Source: Isurus oxyrinchus
Lineage: Eukaryota
Assembly (NCBI GenBank): GCA_026770705.1
Contig: JANJGN010000035.1
Location: forward strand, 8,618,001 to 8,682,000
DNA: 64,000 nt
Direction: 5' to 3'
Every line of letters starts with the position of its first letter. Within the stretch, counting starts at the first letter, position 1. Shown piece by piece: positions 62,480 to 64,000 of the stretch. The notes under the pieces were generated by a model. It ran no database searches and was not told the DNA's origin. It was given only the letters and a program-made list of their open reading frames with translations. Both the position numbers and the translations under genes were made by a program.

Positions 62480-64000
62480 AACAAATAACCAGGAGGGTCG
62501 AGCTGATAATCGGTATCGGCCTCATCATCTCGTGGGAAACATTACAGCTGCCAAATTTCATTCCATGTGTTATCAACTCAGCTTTTGGGTTGCTAGGTAC
62601 AGGCATTGATGTAGGCGCCGGAAATGAAAATGCCATACCTTATCCCGTCGACACTGCAAAATCCTCCTAACTAGTTTTTTCGAGTCTCATGCCTAATTAT
62701 GAAGTCCCACAGATTAACAAAGAAGGTGCCTGGCACAGTCATACTCACGAAATTATATTTTAAGAACAATTTCCCTAACACCACGATCACGACTCTTGGG
62801 TATGCATTGTTTCAACAAAAGGCAGGGCCAACGAACTTTACAAAACATCTGGCACACAAATGGCAGAAAGTTGTGTAGGAGGCCACAATACTGACTCCGG
62901 ACCCCATCAAGTTTCTAAGAAGCATTTCTAAATCAACTTCACCTTCATATACAATTACTGCTCACTTTAGTTGGCATGTCAGTTCTGCTCCATGTTGTGC
63001 CAAGTTAGGAAGAACCGCTGACACTGGCAGGGGCACAGTTTACACTACTGGACGAAAATTTGCATCACCAACAGTGGCTCAGTAGCATAACTTCTGACTC
63101 AGCTGGCTAAGCAATAAAATAATGCAAAATTCAGTTTGTGGAAATTGGTAAGGGAACAACTAAGAGGGGAAGATACCTGTCCTCACCCTCACCTATCTAC
63201 CTGCCGCTCATGCATCTGCAATGAAAGTATCTGTAGGAGTGACCACAGCTCAGATCTTAGGTAGAAAAAAGTCGGTCCTTTAATTGGAGGATGAAATCCA
63301 TCGTGCAGCAGTGCAAGGGAGAGAGAATTTGAACAGATGATGCAGCCCTAAATACAGATTCATAAGGTTCCTGAGCCACTTGGTGCAGCAGAATAACGTT
63401 CAACAACAACTTGTAAACACATGGCATGACAAATCCGTCAAGGTACAATTACCGCAAAGCCTGGTGGTTAGCCGTAGTTCACTGAATGAGGCTGGAGTGC
63501 CTGTTCAGAGAAGCACCAGACATGCTGTAAAATGAAATGTATCACTTTTAAAGCTGCAACTGAGGACATCACCCGTGCCGAATAATGGAGACAGAACGAG
63601 ATAGGCAGGTCTAAATGAACACAAAGCCAACCCATCAGATCCATTTGGTGAAGTTCTACCTGGTCGAGCAGTGGCTGGCGTTGAATAATTAAAAACCTAC
63701 AGGAGGAAGTATTTAGATAATTACCCTCTTTGTCAAAGATGGGGGAGCCAAGCTCATCCGTGCAAAGGTCAAAGCTGAAGCATTTGCAAGGTAACAACCA
63801 ACAGGGTTGAGTTGAGGATCCAACTCGGACTTGCACTGTGGTGGGCAACGTCAGAGCTGCGAGACTTCGGCCAATCGCTCTGGTTATTATCAAGTCATGG
63901 TTTGGGTTTCGACATACAGGCTAAGGCTATGAACCCTGACAAAATTCCGCTGAAAATTTGCACTCCAGAATTAGCCATGACCACAGAAAAACTTTTAAAG
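62480..64000 (+). mobile_element. Third copy of the L2/Crack-like LINE (5' part; runs off the window)
   Basis: Endonuclease start (ccctgtc/cccgtcgacactgcaaaatcctcc...cacagtcatactcacgaa) and downstream sequence are collinear with 43000-44280. Confidence 0.75.

Overview
AT-rich, repeat-dense vertebrate DNA, most likely from a cartilaginous fish (inferred from the mix of Penelope-like elements, CR1, L2/Crack-like LINEs with a companion SINE, Harbinger remnants and the type of NLR). No intact protein-coding gene is evident. The main non-repeat content is a decaying minus-strand cluster of NLR (NACHT-LRR) innate-immune genes. The best-preserved locus has a long NACHT exon (36543-38241) with a broken P-loop and one in-frame TAA. 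It is followed by two LRR exons (33893-33979, whose donor is GT>AT, and 33428-33619). Upstream (~47.8-62.2 kb) lies what appears to be a tandem array of degenerate CARD/death-fold-like exon modules. A second, much older NACHT exon remnant lies at ~16.8-18.6 kb, with CARD-like remnants at ~25.4-26.6 kb. The rest is transposon debris: an ERV gag-like remnant (~0.9-1.9 kb), a Harbinger transposase remnant (~4.8-5.95 kb), and several Penelope-like copies whose terminal repeats carry degenerate hammerhead-ribozyme motifs, including a near-perfect hairpin at 50124-50305. There are also CR1 fragments, three long copies of a LINE that appears to lack ORF1 and shares head and tail with a SINE, microsatellites, and a 129-nt assembly gap. 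Family assignments come from manual translation and remembered motifs, not database searches. Repeat boundaries are approximate.
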